A stretch of DNA of 64,000 bases from a candidate division FCPU426 bacterium. GTDB lineage: Bacteria > Oederibacteriota > Muellerivitia > Muellerivitales > Muellerivitaceae. Where the stretch lies: the NCBI GenBank assembly GCA_963771075.1, contig CAVYSE010000028.1, positions 320,001 through 384,000 on the forward strand, in the 5' to 3' direction. The notes under the pieces are model-generated. The model made no database searches and was not told where the DNA came from. It was given only the letters and a program-made list of their open reading frames with translations. How positions within the stretch are numbered: position 1 is the first letter of the stretch; the number at the start of each line of letters is the position of its first letter. Position numbers and translations under genes: made by a program. Below, piece after piece: positions 38,166 to 49,044 of the stretch.

Positions 38166-40057
38166 GTGAATTTGATTGGATTCCTGATCCTATTTCCGCT
38201 CGTACCAGCCCTGCTCTTGGCCGTTATTTCCAACCAGGCCGTTCGGGCCTGGGTGGTCAACCTAAGTGTGGCGGCCATCGCCGCCGCAACCATCGCTTTG
38301 ACCTATGTTTACATGGGCGGGCAGGCCGTTTTCTTCAATTTCGACCCCTCCTGGGTTGATCAGGTTCTGTTGATCGGCGAAGGCATCCTCACCCTCTATC
38401 CTTCTCTGGAGCTGCAAGAACATCAAAAAGAGCGAAGCCTGGATTCCCGCCCTTCTTATCATCCAGGCGGGGCTTACTGCCTATACCGAATTTGCGATCG
38501 GCCCCGCCCCCGTGGAGAACACCCTCTATGTCGATAACTTCTCCCTCATCATGGCCCTCATTATCGGTATCATCGGCGGTTTGATCTGCGTTTACGCCAT
38601 CGCCTACATGAAGGACCACCACGACCACCACCCGGAAATTGTCGGACGACCGCCGCGGGTTCTTCTTCCTGCTCTTCCTCTTCCTCTCGGCCATGTTCGG
38701 CGTGGTCTTTTCGAACCACCTGGGCTGGCTTTTCTTCTTCTGGGAAATTACGACCCTCTGCTCTTTCCTCCTGATCGGCTACAACAAGGATGAGATCGGC
38801 ATCCGCAACGCCTACCACGCCCTGGGATTGAACCTCATCGGCGGGGTGGGCTTCGCGCTGGCCCTCTTTTTAATGGCCCAAAACCACCTGGCCCCGGCTT
38901 TGGATTCGCTGGTTGCCTTGGGCAGGACGGGCCTGCTGGTGGCCGTGCTTCCCGCCACGCTCATCTGCTTCGCGGGGCTGACCAAATCGGCCCAGCTTCC
39001 CTTCAGTTCCTGGCTCTTGGGCGCCATGGTGGCCCCGACCCCCGTTTCCGCCCTGTTGCATTCCTCCACCATGGTCAAGGCGGGGGTCTTCATCATCGTC
39101 AAGTTCGCGCCCGTCATGGAAAAGAACCCGGGAGTCGGCTTTTTCTTGGGCTTGGTCGGTGGCGTCACCTTCCTGGCCGCTTCGCTCTCCGCCGTCACCC
39201 AATCCAACGCCAAACGGGTACTTGGCCTATTCCACCATCGCCAACCTGGGGTTAGTGGTGGCTTGCGCCGGGGTCGGCACCCCGCAGGCGATTTGGGCGG
39301 CCATCTTGTTGATCATCTTCCACGCCATTGCCAAGGGCCTGCTCTTCCAGGCGGTCGGTACCGTCGAGCACAAGATCGGAAGCCGCGACATCGAGGATAT
39401 GGACGGTCTTATCGTCACCCGCCCCGGCTTGGCCTTCGTGCTCTTGATTGGAATCCTGGGCATGTTCCTGGCACCCTTCGGAATGCTGATCTCCAAATGG
39501 GCCTGCTTGCAGGCCTTTATCCAGGCCGATCCGATCCTGGCCATCCTTTTGGCCTTCGGCAGCGCGCCCACCCTTTTCTTCTGGGCCAAATGGATGGGCA
39601 AACTCATCAGCATGCCCACCCTGGAGCGCGCCAAGGACAAGGCCAGCGGTTACGAATGGGCTTCCCTGGGCACCCTGTCGGTCTTGACCATCGCGGCCTG
39701 CGCCCTCTTTCCCCTCGTTTCCTCCCAAATGATCCTTCCCTACCTGCAATCCGTGGGCGTGTTCCTCGACCCCTTAAGCCGGGGCAACATGTCCATCATG
39801 ATCGTGATGCTGGGGGCCTTTTTGGTTCTCCCCCCCGCCTTTCTTTTCCGCCCCAAGAAGGACCAGGTGGTGGCTTCCTACCTGGCGGGCGCCAACCTGA
39901 ACAACGGCAATTCGCAGTTTCTGGGCTCTATCCAGAGGACGATGGGAGTTGAAATGCGCAACTACTACCTCACTTCCATCTTCAGCGAAAAGTGGATCTC
40001 CTTAATCGGCGGGGCGGTCTGTATCGGCCTCTTCGCGGTGATGTTCGCCCTGTCGGC
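38166..40057 (+). CDS. echA: Ech hydrogenase subunit A (antiporter-like), three apparent +1 frameshifts, in frame with echB; end approximate
   Basis: FFWEITTLCSFLLIG, KSAQLPFSSWLLGAMVAPTPVSALLHSSTMVKAGV, FHAIAKGLLF; shifts at about 38400, 38638 and 39222. Confidence 0.85.
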
Positions 40058-40094
40058 CACCAACCCGGGTTGGGGCTTCATGCCATCCATACCG

Positions 40095-40982
40095 ATGGCG
40101 CAATCGGGCTCGGGACTGACCCTGGTCCAGAAACTGATCGGTCTCGGTGTCTTTCTCGTCGGGGCGCCCATCCTAGGCGGGCTCTTAGGCGGGTTTGACC
40201 GGATCGTCTCGGCCCGCATGCAGGGCCGGGTGGGACCGCCGATCTTGCAGCCCTTCTTCGACGTCATGAAACTTCTGCAAAAGCGCACGGTGGTCGTGAA
40301 CCAGGCTCAGGCCTACTACGTGGCCTGCTTCCTCCTCTTCATCGTCCTGACCGGCGCCCTCTTCTTCATGGGCGGCGACCTACTCTTGGTGGTGTTCGCC
40401 CTGACGGTCGGGGCTCTCTTTTTGGTCCTCGCGGCCTACTGCCCCAACTCGCCCTACAGCAATATCGGCGCCGAGCGGGAACTTTTGCAGATGATGTCCT
40501 ATGAGCCCATGCTCCTTTTGATGGCGCTGGGGATGTACCAGGCGGCCCACAGCTTCCACGTGACGGCGGTGGCGGCCGATATCCACCCCCTGTGGCTGGC
40601 CCTGCCGGGGATCTTGCTGGGCTTCATTTACATCCTCACCATCAAGCTTCGAAAGTCGCCCTTCGACCTTTCCACCTCGCACCACGGCCACCAGGAACTG
40701 GTGAAGGGGCTGACCACCGAGTTCTCGGGGTCCCAGCTGGCCCTCATCGAGGTGGGCCACTGGTATGAGAACATCCTCCTGATGGGCCTGGTCTACCTCT
40801 TCTTCGCGGCCTATTCGCCCTGGATCGCGGTGCTGGCGGTGGGCGCCATCTACCTCTTCGAGATCCTTATCGACAACTCTTACGCCCGCCTGACCTGGCA
40901 ATGGACGCTGAAAACTTCGTGGGCCGTGACCCTGGTGTTCGGGGCCGTGAATGTTTTGGTTCTTTACTACTTTTACCAATAA
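40095..40982 (+). CDS. echB: Ech subunit B (NuoH-like), apparently fused to EchA; start approximate
   Basis: DRIVSARMQGRVGPPILQPFFD, GAERE, KSPFDLSTSHHGHQE. Confidence 0.85.
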   Translation: MAQSGSGLTLVQKLIGLGVFLVGAPILGGLLGGFDRIVSARMQGRVGPPILQPFFDVMKLLQKRTVVVNQAQAYYVACFLLFIVLTGALFFMGGDLLLVVFALTVGALFLVLAAYCPNSPYSNIGAERELLQMMSYEPMLLLMALGMYQAAHSFHVTAVAADIHPLWLALPGILLGFIYILTIKLRKSPFDLSTSHHGHQELVKGLTTEFSGSQLALIEVGHWYENILLMGLVYLFFAAYSPWIAVLAVGAIYLFEILIDNSYARLTWQWTLKTSWAVTLVFGAVNVLVLYYFYQ

Positions 40983-40997
40983 AGGGGAGGGAAACCC

Positions 40998-41468
40998 GTG
41001 AGCTACCTATCGAAATCGCCTTGGATCATGCACTACGACGCTTCCAGCTGTAACGGATGCGACATCGAGGTGCTGGCCTGCCTGACGCCCCTTTACGACG
41101 TGGAGCGCTTCGGCATCATCAACACCGGCAACCCCAAGCACGCCGACATCCTGCTCATCACCGGATCGGTGAACGAACAGAACCGCGAGGTCGTGCGCAA
41201 CCTCTACAGCCAGATGCCCGACCCCAAGGCGGTCGTGGCCATCGGAGCCTGCGCCCTTTCGGGCGGCGTCTTCCGGGAATGCTACAACGTGCACCAGGGC
41301 GTGGATTCCACCATCCCCGTGGATGTCTACGTGCCGGGATGCGCGGCACGGCCCGAGGCCATCATTGACGGGGTGGTGCAGGCGCTGGGCCTCTTGGAAA
41401 AGAAGGCCGCGAATTTTAAGGCCGCTCCCGGGGCGAAGGCCCCCACGGCAGAGGCGGTGGCCGTATGA
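40998..41468 (+). CDS. echC: Ech small subunit C
   Basis: SCNGCDIE, NPKHAD, GACA.SGG, PGCAARPE. Confidence 0.92.
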   Translation: MSYLSKSPWIMHYDASSCNGCDIEVLACLTPLYDVERFGIINTGNPKHADILLITGSVNEQNREVVRNLYSQMPDPKAVVAIGACALSGGVFRECYNVHQGVDSTIPVDVYVPGCAARPEAIIDGVVQALGLLEKKAANFKAAPGAKAPTAEAVAV

Positions 41469-41887
41469 CAACCCATTTCGAGGAACAACCGGTCATAAGC
41501 ATTGATAAAAACGGCCTGGTGGCCAAGGTGGCCGAATTGAAGAAGGACGGCTACCGCCTGGTGCAGGTTTGCGCCACGACAGGCGCCGAGAATTTCGAGA
41601 TCACCTACAGCTTCGACAAGGACTACAAGTTCTTGAGCCTGCGCCTGAGCATTCCCCGCGCCGACGCGGTGTTGCCCAGCATTTCGGGCGAGTATTTCAT
41701 GGCCTTCACCTACGAGAACGAGTTCCAGGACCTCTTCGGTATCAAGGTGACGGACCTGAAGCTCGACTTCGGGGGCAAGTTTTACCAGCTGGCCAAGAAG
41801 ACGCCCTTTAATGAAACCAAGGCCGAGGCTACGGCAGCCGCCCAAGCCGTTATTACAAAACCGGCGAACGCCGGGGAGGTTAAGTAA
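41465..41887 (+). CDS. echD: Ech subunit D (NuoC-like)
   Basis: GYRLVQVCAT, PSISG.Y..AFTYENEFQDLFG; position in operon. Confidence 0.88.
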   Translation: MTTHFEEQPVISIDKNGLVAKVAELKKDGYRLVQVCATTGAENFEITYSFDKDYKFLSLRLSIPRADAVLPSISGEYFMAFTYENEFQDLFGIKVTDLKLDFGGKFYQLAKKTPFNETKAEATAAAQAVITKPANAGEVK

Positions 41888-42967
41888 TGGGAAAGCAAAC
41901 GATCGTCCCCTTCGGGCCGCAGCATCCGGTTCTGCCGGAACCCATCCACCTGGACCTGGTATTGGAAGATGAGAAGGTCGTCCAGGCCATCCCCTCCATC
42001 GGTTTCATCCACCGGGGCCTGGAGCGCCTGGCCGAAAAGAAGGAATTCACCGACATGGTTTACGTGGGCGAGCGCATCTGCGGTATCTGCAGTTTCATCC
42101 ACAGCCACGGCTTCAGCCACGCGGTGGAAGGCGCCATGAAGATCGAGGTGCCCGAAAGGGCCCAGTACCTGCGGGTGATCTGGGGGGAAATGTCCCGTAT
42201 CCACAGCCATTTGCTGTGGCTGGGGCTGATGGCCGACTCCTTCGGCTTCGAGAACCTTTTCATGCATTCCTGGCGGGTCCGGGAAAGGCTGTTGGACCTG
42301 GTGGAGGCCACCACGGGCGGCCGGGTCATTTTCGGTTCCTGCAAGGTGGGCGGCGTGCGCCGGGACATCAACGAGGAAGCCATGACGGGCGTCTCCAAGG
42401 AACTGCGTGGAGATCGAGAAGATGAGCGCCGAGATCACCTCGGTCTTCGAGAAAGACTCCTCCGTCAAGAAGCGTACGGTGGGCGTGGGCGTTTTGTCGA
42501 AAGAGGACGCCTACCTACTGGGCGCAGTGGGGCCGGTGTTGCGGGCCAGCGGGGTCGCTTCCGACCTGCGGATGCTGGGCTACGGCGCCTACGGACAGCT
42601 TCAGTTGCAACCCGTGGTCGAGAAGGGCGGCGACTGCTACGCCCGCACGATGGTGCGCTGCCGGGAGGTCCATCAATCATTCGGCCTGATCCGCCAGGCC
42701 ATCGAGCGCATGCCGGCCGGGCCCATCGATGTGAAGGTGGCGGGCACCCCGACGGGCGAGTTTTTCGCCCGGCTGGAACAGCCCCGCGGTGAGGTCATCC
42801 ATTACGTGAAGGGCAACGGAACGAAGTTCCTGGAACGCTACCGGGTCCGCACCCCGACCTTCGCCAACGTCCCCCCCCTGGTCACCATGCTGGCTGGCTG
42901 CCAGCTCGCCGACGTACCGGTCATCGTTTTGTCGATCGACCCTTGTATCAGCTGCACGGAGAGGTAA
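41887..42967 (+). CDS. echE: Ech large NiFe subunit E, one apparent frameshift at about 42408
   Basis: PFGPQHP, ERICGICS and C-terminal DPCISCTER with no cleavable extension. Confidence 0.9.
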
Positions 42968-42970
42968 CCC

Positions 42971-43354
42971 ATGCCCTTTTTTCAAATGTCCAAGCTCGCG
43001 ATCGGAAGCGCATTGAAAAAGCCGTCCACCCGGCTTTACCCCTTCGAGATCCGGCCCGATATCGACAAGACCCGGGGCCGAATCGAATTAAAGGTGGAAA
43101 CTTGCACCTTTTGCACCCTCTGCGCCAAGAAATGCCCCACGGGCGCCATCGAGATGGACCGAAAGGCTACCCCCCGGGTATTCCACCTGGACCGTTTCAA
43201 GTGCATCCTCTGCGGCGCCTGCGTGGAAGGCTGCGCCAGCAAGTCCATTACGACCGAGAACCATTGGGCCGCGCCGATGGATAAGAAGCAGATTTTGACC
43301 TGGACCCAGGCCGCCCCGCCCCCGAAACCCGCGCCTGCCGCCCCCACAGCGTAA
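42971..43354 (+). CDS. echF: Ech subunit F, 2x[4Fe-4S]
   Basis: CTFCTLCAKKCP and CILCGACVEGC. Confidence 0.9.
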   Translation: MPFFQMSKLAIGSALKKPSTRLYPFEIRPDIDKTRGRIELKVETCTFCTLCAKKCPTGAIEMDRKATPRVFHLDRFKCILCGACVEGCASKSITTENHWAAPMDKKQILTWTQAAPPPKPAPAAPTA

Positions 43355-43357
43355 CAC

Positions 43358-43462
43358 CAGCTCACAGCTCGCAGTTGGCAGTTCGCAGTAAAGTCTTTAA
43401 GGCTTACCTGCCATCTGCGAACTGCGAGCTGCCAACTATCTTTGAGCTGTTGACTGTCGACT
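43358..43462. repeat. inverted arrays of degenerate 7-nt tandem repeats
   Basis: CAGCTCA CAGCTCG CAGTTGG CAGTTCG followed by CTGCCAT CTGCGAA CTGCGAG CTGCCAA. Confidence 0.7.
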
Positions 43463-43485
43463 TCTTCTTATGGCTAACTACCCCC

Positions 43486-43821
43486 ATGCATGAATACTCC
43501 GTCGCCCTCAACGTCGCCGACCTTGTGCTCCAGCACAGCCAGGGCAAGCGCATTGAGAAGGTCAACCTTTCGATTGGGGACATGTCGGGGGTTTTTTACG
43601 ATTCCCTGGCCATGTACCTGCAGTTGGTCTTGGAGGAAAAGGGCCACAAGGATGTGGTGCTGAACGCCCAGTTCATACCTGCGACCTTCGTCTGCGCCTG
43701 CGGGAAGGAATATACGGCCTCCAAAATGGCGGAGGCTTGTCCCGCCTGCGGGGGCTATGACCGTAAAATCACCGCAGGCAAGGACTGCCTGGTGGAAAGC
43801 ATCGAAATCAACGACGAATAG
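43486..43821 (+). CDS. hypA: hydrogenase nickel chaperone HypA
   Basis: MHE start; C.CG and CPACG Zn sites. Confidence 0.92.
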   Translation: MHEYSVALNVADLVLQHSQGKRIEKVNLSIGDMSGVFYDSLAMYLQLVLEEKGHKDVVLNAQFIPATFVCACGKEYTASKMAEACPACGGYDRKITAGKDCLVESIEINDE

Positions 43822-43832
43822 ACCCAAAAGTT

Positions 43833-43930
43833 TCACCACAGAGGCACGGAGACACAGAGAACAACAGATAGATTTCGGATGGTTTAAACAAAAAAGGTGT
43901 TTTCCCTGTGACTCTGTGTCTCTGTGGTAA
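43833..43930. repeat. inverted-repeat element with 9-nt periodic arms
   Basis: CACCACAGAGGCACGGAGACACAGAG ... CCCTGTGACTCTGTGTCTCTGTGGT around an AT-rich core. Confidence 0.75.
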
Positions 43931-43960
43931 AAAATTTAATGAATGGTTTTGAGGTGTTTC

Positions 43961-44608
43961 ATGAGTGAAAAAATAGAAGTCAAAACTTCCGCCCAGAGCG
44001 TGAACAACCAGATTGCAGCAGAAAACCGCTCCTTTTTCGCAGAAAAGGGCCTGACCGTTCTCAACCTGGTCAGTTCGGCGGGGTCGGGAAAAACTTCCCT
44101 TTTGGAATCCATGGCCAAGCGCTATGGCCACGAGATGGCCGTCATTACCGGCGATATACAAATGACCTACGACGCCGACCGCATCTCGGCCGCCGGAAGC
44201 CAGGCCCTCCAAATCGAAACCCACGGCACCTGCCACCTGACCGCTCAGATGATCAAAGACCGGCTGAAGGACCTGAATTTAGAGAAGGTGAAACTACTAG
44301 TGATCGAGAACATCGGCAATCTCGTCTGCCCCTCAACTTATGATTTGGGGGAGAACATCAAGGTGGCGCTTTTGAGCGTGGCGGAAGGCGACGAGAAACC
44401 CATGAAATACCCGGCGCTATTCCTCCGGGCCAGCGCGGTGGTTTTAACCAAGGTGGATTTACTGCCGTACGTCAATTTCAACGTCGACCGCGCCCAGAAG
44501 GACTGCCAAAAACTGAACCCTCAGGTGAAGTTCTTCTCCACTTCCTGCAAGACCAGCGAGGGGATGGAAGAGTGGTTTGGTTTCCTAAAAACTCTTCAAA
44601 CCAAATAA
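43961..44608 (+). CDS. hypB: hydrogenase nickel GTPase HypB
   Basis: GSGKT, CHL, ENIGNLVCP, EGDEKP.KYP and TKVDL motifs; GAGG RBS. Confidence 0.95.
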   Translation: MSEKIEVKTSAQSVNNQIAAENRSFFAEKGLTVLNLVSSAGSGKTSLLESMAKRYGHEMAVITGDIQMTYDADRISAAGSQALQIETHGTCHLTAQMIKDRLKDLNLEKVKLLVIENIGNLVCPSTYDLGENIKVALLSVAEGDEKPMKYPALFLRASAVVLTKVDLLPYVNFNVDRAQKDCQKLNPQVKFFSTSCKTSEGMEEWFGFLKTLQTK

Positions 44609-44636
44609 TCAAAAACTTATTAGAGGGCCCCTAAAA

Positions 44637-45302
44637 ATGAAAGAACAGTGGACCGCCGTCGATAACTATATCCAAGACAAGCTCTTGCCCGACGATCTAG
44701 TACTGGAGTCAGCGCTCAAGGCGAGCGATGCGGGAGGCCTCGACCCCATCCAGGTTTCGCCGACCCAAGGAAAATTCTTGCACCTTTTGGCGAAGGTCCA
44801 GGGTGCGCGCCGGATCCTGGAAATCGGAACCCTAGGTGGTTACAGCACCATCTGGCTCGCCCGGGCCCTTCCGCCTGGATGTAGGTTGATCACCTTGGAA
44901 ATTAACCCCAAGCACGCCGAGGTCGCCCAGGCCAACATCGCTCGGGCGGGCCTGGCCGATGCCGTCGAGATAAGGCTTGGCCCAGCCTCGCAAAGCCTGG
45001 CCAGTCTGGTAACCGAAAGCGTAATCCCTTTTGACCTTATTTTTATTGATGCCAATAAAGAAAGTTACCCGGAATACCTGGCCTGGGCCCTCAAGCTATC
45101 CCGTCCAGGCAGTTTGATCTTTGTCGATAACGCCGTCCGAAAAGGTGAAATCGCCAATTCCGCCAGCACCGACCCGAGGGTCAAGGGCACTCAGGGGGCC
45201 TACGAATTATTGGCTAAGGAACCCCGAGTCAGCGCGACAGCTATCCAGACCGTGGGAAGCAAAGGTTATGACGGGTTCATCATGGCCCTGGTTCTATCCT
45301 GA
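44637..45302 (+). CDS. class I SAM-dependent O-methyltransferase (catechol/caffeoyl-CoA type)
   Basis: LEIGTLGGYS, FDLIFIDA.K, VDN, KGYDG. Confidence 0.9.
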   Translation: MKEQWTAVDNYIQDKLLPDDLVLESALKASDAGGLDPIQVSPTQGKFLHLLAKVQGARRILEIGTLGGYSTIWLARALPPGCRLITLEINPKHAEVAQANIARAGLADAVEIRLGPASQSLASLVTESVIPFDLIFIDANKESYPEYLAWALKLSRPGSLIFVDNAVRKGEIANSASTDPRVKGTQGAYELLAKEPRVSATAIQTVGSKGYDGFIMALVLS

Positions 45303-45338
45303 TCGAATCCTTTCCCTAATGGATGGGACCGGACTTAC

Positions 45339-45777
45339 CTAATTGAACAGGCGGACCCACCTATACATATCAAGCGGGTGAGACCGTCTCCGCCAGGCCG
45401 TGGTGAAGGAAGCCCTCAAGGAGATCAAGAGGAGGAGCACCACCACCACGACCAGGGTGGACATGGCCTGTTTGGGGGTGCGGTGGGCGACCCTATGGCG
45501 CGTGTGGGGAACCTTTGATTTCCAGGCCTGGACGAGGGCCGTTTCGGTGTTTTCGAATGAGGCATCCTCAAAGCTGTTCTTGACGAAAAACCCGGCCACA
45601 TCGTTGACCGCTTCCCGGAAAAGGAGGGGCTGGAGGAGGAGCAGGCTGGAAAAGCCCGCCATGGCCAGGAGGGCGATAAAGAGCCCGCGCTGGCGCAGGG
45701 CCATTTTGAAAAGGCTGGAAGGTTGGGCGGCCCGCGTCCAAATCGGCTTCCGAAGCCGGCCCCTTCGCGAATTCAGA
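45339..45777 (-). pseudogene. fragment of an ABC exporter transmembrane domain
   Basis: LLLLQPLLFREAVND plus a second TM helix; no ATPase domain; truncated; boundaries approximate. Confidence 0.45.
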
Positions 45778-45813
45778 CTTCACAATGGAACTCATTTCAT
45801 GTTTTGATAAACA

Positions 45814-46407
45814 TTAACTTTTCGCAAAATCCAAAAGTAATTTGTAATCCCCTGTGTCCGCAGTCTTCAACGCACTTAAATACCGGTCGCGGGTCTTCCC
45901 CGCTGAATCGATGGAATTGTTTTCCGTCATTTCACCCCAGGTAAATGGTTTCTGGCCGTGGGTACTCATTAATAGATTGGCGGCCAGACGGGCGTGGCGG
46001 CCATTGCCGTTGGCAAAGGGGTGGATGGAAACCAGGCGGTGGTGAAACCGTACCCCGATTTCATCCCAAGAATAGGACTTGTTTTGAATCCATACCTTGG
46101 TATCTTCACAGAGATTTTTAACCTCAACGGGTATTTGTTCCGCTGAAACGCCCAGGTTTTTGACGGTGGTTCGGTATTTCCCCGCCCATTTCCAAACATC
46201 CCCCAACATTCTTTTATGTAATTCGCGAAGAAACGTGTCCGTAAGAATTTCCGCGTGCGGCCGGGCAATCGCCCAGGTCACCGCGTCCTGTATGTTCGCG
46301 TGCTCCGCGCGGTTGAGTTCCCCTTGGTTTGTGACATGCCCGGGAACCAAGCCTTCCATTTCATCCGGGTCTAACGGCGTGCTGCCCGGCGCCGGGTATT
46401 CAATCAT
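45814..46407 (-). CDS. mobile mystery protein B (Fic domain)
   Basis: GSTPLDPDE..GL.P N-terminus, W.WAG.YR, Fic motif HPFANGNGRHAR; start 46407 or 46419. Confidence 0.88.
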   Translation of the reverse strand: MIEYPAPGSTPLDPDEMEGLVPGHVTNQGELNRAEHANIQDAVTWAIARPHAEILTDTFLRELHKRMLGDVWKWAGKYRTTVKNLGVSAEQIPVEVKNLCEDTKVWIQNKSYSWDEIGVRFHHRLVSIHPFANGNGRHARLAANLLMSTHGQKPFTWGEMTENNSIDSAGKTRDRYLSALKTADTGDYKLLLDFAKS

Positions 46408-46897
46408 TCGTTTCCCCATCCATTGGCTCCCAGATTCGTGGATCCCCGTCGCGTATCAGGTCCATCGTCAATTCAATGATCTTTTTGGCAGAAACTTCAG
46501 AGTGAATACCTTGGGCTTCAAGATTCATGGTCTGGTCCACGGTTTTTACGATTTTTTCAGCCATCTTCCTGGCCCGGTATTCCACGATCTCGGAGAGGGA
46601 GGCGTACCCCGGTTCGGGGACGATGGCCCAAACCAGCTGGCAGTTCATGGCCCGCGCAGCACGGTCGAGCGAACCCAAGGTGGCTTTTTTGGTGATCTCG
46701 TTGTTTTCAAATTGGTTGATGCCGGGGGCTTGGGTACCGATCTTCTTGGCCAATTGTGCCGTTGTAAGGCCAAGGGCCGTTCGAACGGTCTTTAACCATC
46801 CGTTTTGTGGCATGGCATCTCGCAACCCGAGAAATGGAACAAGTTTGGTGTCTATCATTTCCCTTTGGTTTTTTAGCTTTTTACGGTTAGTTTTCAT
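46400..46897 (-). CDS. mobile mystery protein A (XRE-type HTH)
   Basis: P..GWLK.VR.ALG....QLA, QTM.LEAQ, ..IW; overlaps the Fic gene. Confidence 0.85.
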   Translation of the reverse strand: MKTNRKKLKNQREMIDTKLVPFLGLRDAMPQNGWLKTVRTALGLTTAQLAKKIGTQAPGINQFENNEITKKATLGSLDRAARAMNCQLVWAIVPEPGYASLSEIVEYRARKMAEKIVKTVDQTMNLEAQGIHSEVSAKKIIELTMDLIRDGDPRIWEPMDGETND

Positions 46898-47048
46898 GAA
46901 TTTATATTAAGTTTTATATTAAAATAAATCAATATAAGATAATCTAAATATTATTATAAATGTCTATATATTAAGTTATACATTAATAATATTTGTTTTT
47001 GGGGTTAGATTTCACCATCTTTTAAATGTTTTGAGATTTAAAAAGGGG

Positions 47049-48146
47049 CTAGACGATTGTCTCCGCCCTTCGATACCGATAATAGGCCGAGCAGGCGCCC
47101 TCGGTGGAGACCATGGGGGCTCCCAGGGGATGTTCCGGGGTGCAGTTCTTCCCGAAGGCCGGGCACTGGGCGGGTTTCTTGATGCCTAAGAGGATCTTGC
47201 CGCTAATGCACTCGGTGCTTTCCTCGGCGGTGACATGGGCCACGCCGAACCTTTCTTCCGCGTCAAAGAAACGGTAGTTGTCGTTCAAGGCCCAGCCGCT
47301 CTTGGGGATTTCGCCGATTCCCCGCCACTTCTTGTTCACTACCTGAAACACTTCCTTGATCACCTTCAGAGCCTCGAGATTTCCTTCTTTAAGAACCGAG
47401 CGAGAGTATTGGTTCTCGACCTCGTGCCGCCCCTCTTCCAGCTGTTTCACGCACATATAGGTGCCCTGGAGGATATCCAACGGCTCAAAGCCGGTCACGA
47501 CGATGGGAACCTTGTACTTTTCTGCAATCGGCGGGTATTGCTCCCAGCCCATGATGGTGCAGACATGGCCCGCGGCCAGGTAGCCCTGCACCCGGTTGTC
47601 GGGCGAGGAAAGGATGGCTTCCATGGCGGGGGGCACCAGCACGTGTGAGGCGAGGAGGGAGAAATTATTGAGCCCCAAGGCTTTCGCCTGCACCACCGCC
47701 ATGGCGTTGGCGGGCGCGGTGGTCTCGAACCCCACGGCGAAAAAGACGACCTGCTTGTCGGGGTTCTGTTTGGCGATCTTGACCGCGTCGAGGGGGGAAT
47801 AGACCAGCCTCACCTGCCCCCCATTGGCCTTGACTGAGAGCAGATCCTTATTCGATCCGGGAACGCGCATCATGTCGCCGAAGGAACAGAAGATGACCTC
47901 TGGGCGGGCGGCGATCTCCACCGCCTTGTTGATGACCTCCACCGGCGTCACGCAAACAGGGCATCCCGGGCCGTGTACCAGGGAGATTTGGGGAGGAAGC
48001 AGGTCTTCCAGCCCGTAGCGGGCGATGGAATGGGTCTGACCCCCACAGATTTCCATGATGACCCAGGGCTTGGTGGTGATTTTCTTGATGGATTCGGCGA
48101 GCTTCAGGCAGGCGGGACCGTCCCGGAACTCGTCGACGTACTTCAT
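47049..48146 (-). CDS. hypD: hydrogenase formation protein HypD
   Basis: [33 protein letters not shown]. Confidence 0.96.
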   Translation of the reverse strand: MKYVDEFRDGPACLKLAESIKKITTKPWVIMEICGGQTHSIARYGLEDLLPPQISLVHGPGCPVCVTPVEVINKAVEIAARPEVIFCSFGDMMRVPGSNKDLLSVKANGGQVRLVYSPLDAVKIAKQNPDKQVVFFAVGFETTAPANAMAVVQAKALGLNNFSLLASHVLVPPAMEAILSSPDNRVQGYLAAGHVCTIMGWEQYPPIAEKYKVPIVVTGFEPLDILQGTYMCVKQLEEGRHEVENQYSRSVLKEGNLEALKVIKEVFQVVNKKWRGIGEIPKSGWALNDNYRFFDAEERFGVAHVTAEESTECISGKILLGIKKPAQCPAFGKNCTPEHPLGAPMVSTEGACSAYYRYRRAETIV

Positions 48147-48391
48147 TGCGCGCCCTCGTTGGCCAGGGCCTTCAACTGCTGGAAATCCTCCAGGGTTAGC
48201 TTGGCTTCTGCTTCATCCAGCAAGCTGATGGCGACCCCCACGTGCACGATCACGTAATCCCCCACCTTGGCCTGGGGCAGGCAGGAAAGGGAAACCTCGC
48301 GGGCCACGCCGTCAAAATCCACCTTGCCCGTGCGGAAGAGGGGGTCTTCCCCCGTGACCGTCACGATTTTTCCCGGAATAGCTAAACACAT
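48143..48391 (-). CDS. hypC: hydrogenase chaperone HypC
   Basis: MCLAIPG start, [20 protein letters not shown]. Confidence 0.95.
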   Translation of the reverse strand: MCLAIPGKIVTVTGEDPLFRTGKVDFDGVAREVSLSCLPQAKVGDYVIVHVGVAISLLDEAEAKLTLEDFQQLKALANEGAQ

Positions 48392-48429
48392 GTAAGGCTC
48401 CTTCTGCGAATTCAGGTCCCAGTTGTGGA

Positions 48430-48960
48430 AATTGATTAATTCGTTTTTCAGTAATGACTTAGGCCAACGACATTTGGTAGGTCTGCAAAGCAAGCTTCAG
48501 AATTCTAAGCGCTTCCTTTTTATGGCCTTGAACAACCAGCATATTTCCTAAGAGCTCCATCGTAAAGCCCAGCAATTTTCATTAAAACGTCCCCATTGAG
48601 TAGGATTTCTCTAAATAATTGGATAGACCGACAATTCAATTATTGCGTCTTTCCGAACGCTCCATTTGAGGTAAACAAAGTATTTTTATTTTTTGTGTAC
48701 AAACTAAAAGTTTCAAGACATAACTTGATCAAAAAATCTGAAACCTGCACAAATTCCGCTTGGTGAACAACAAAATACTGATATAAATCCATGGTTGTTT
48801 TCGTGGTATTTAAATACCAATTCCGAAGCTGATCACTGAACTATCAGCACTTTTTAACGTCCTAAGCCATATTCTCGGCGGACTATATATGCCTGTTTAC
48901 AGGCCCAACAGTTTTTAGGATGTGGGGGATACTTATCATGTGTTTTTTGAAATTTCATTC
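48430..48960 (-). pseudogene. AT-rich fragmented ORF between hypF and hypC
   Basis: Several short coding-like minus-strand pieces, one TPR-like (LLGNMLVVQGHKKEALRILKLAL); boundaries approximate. Confidence 0.3.
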
Positions 48961-49044
48961 TTAAATCCAATTTAAAGTCGCATTCAAACGTTTACTGCAT
49001 GACTTATCTTAACCGGTAGTATTAATTGGATTATCTGACGGCGG

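Noticed and set aside
43375..43485. N-terminal extension of HypA
   Set aside because: It runs over the heptamer repeats; HypA begins at MHE
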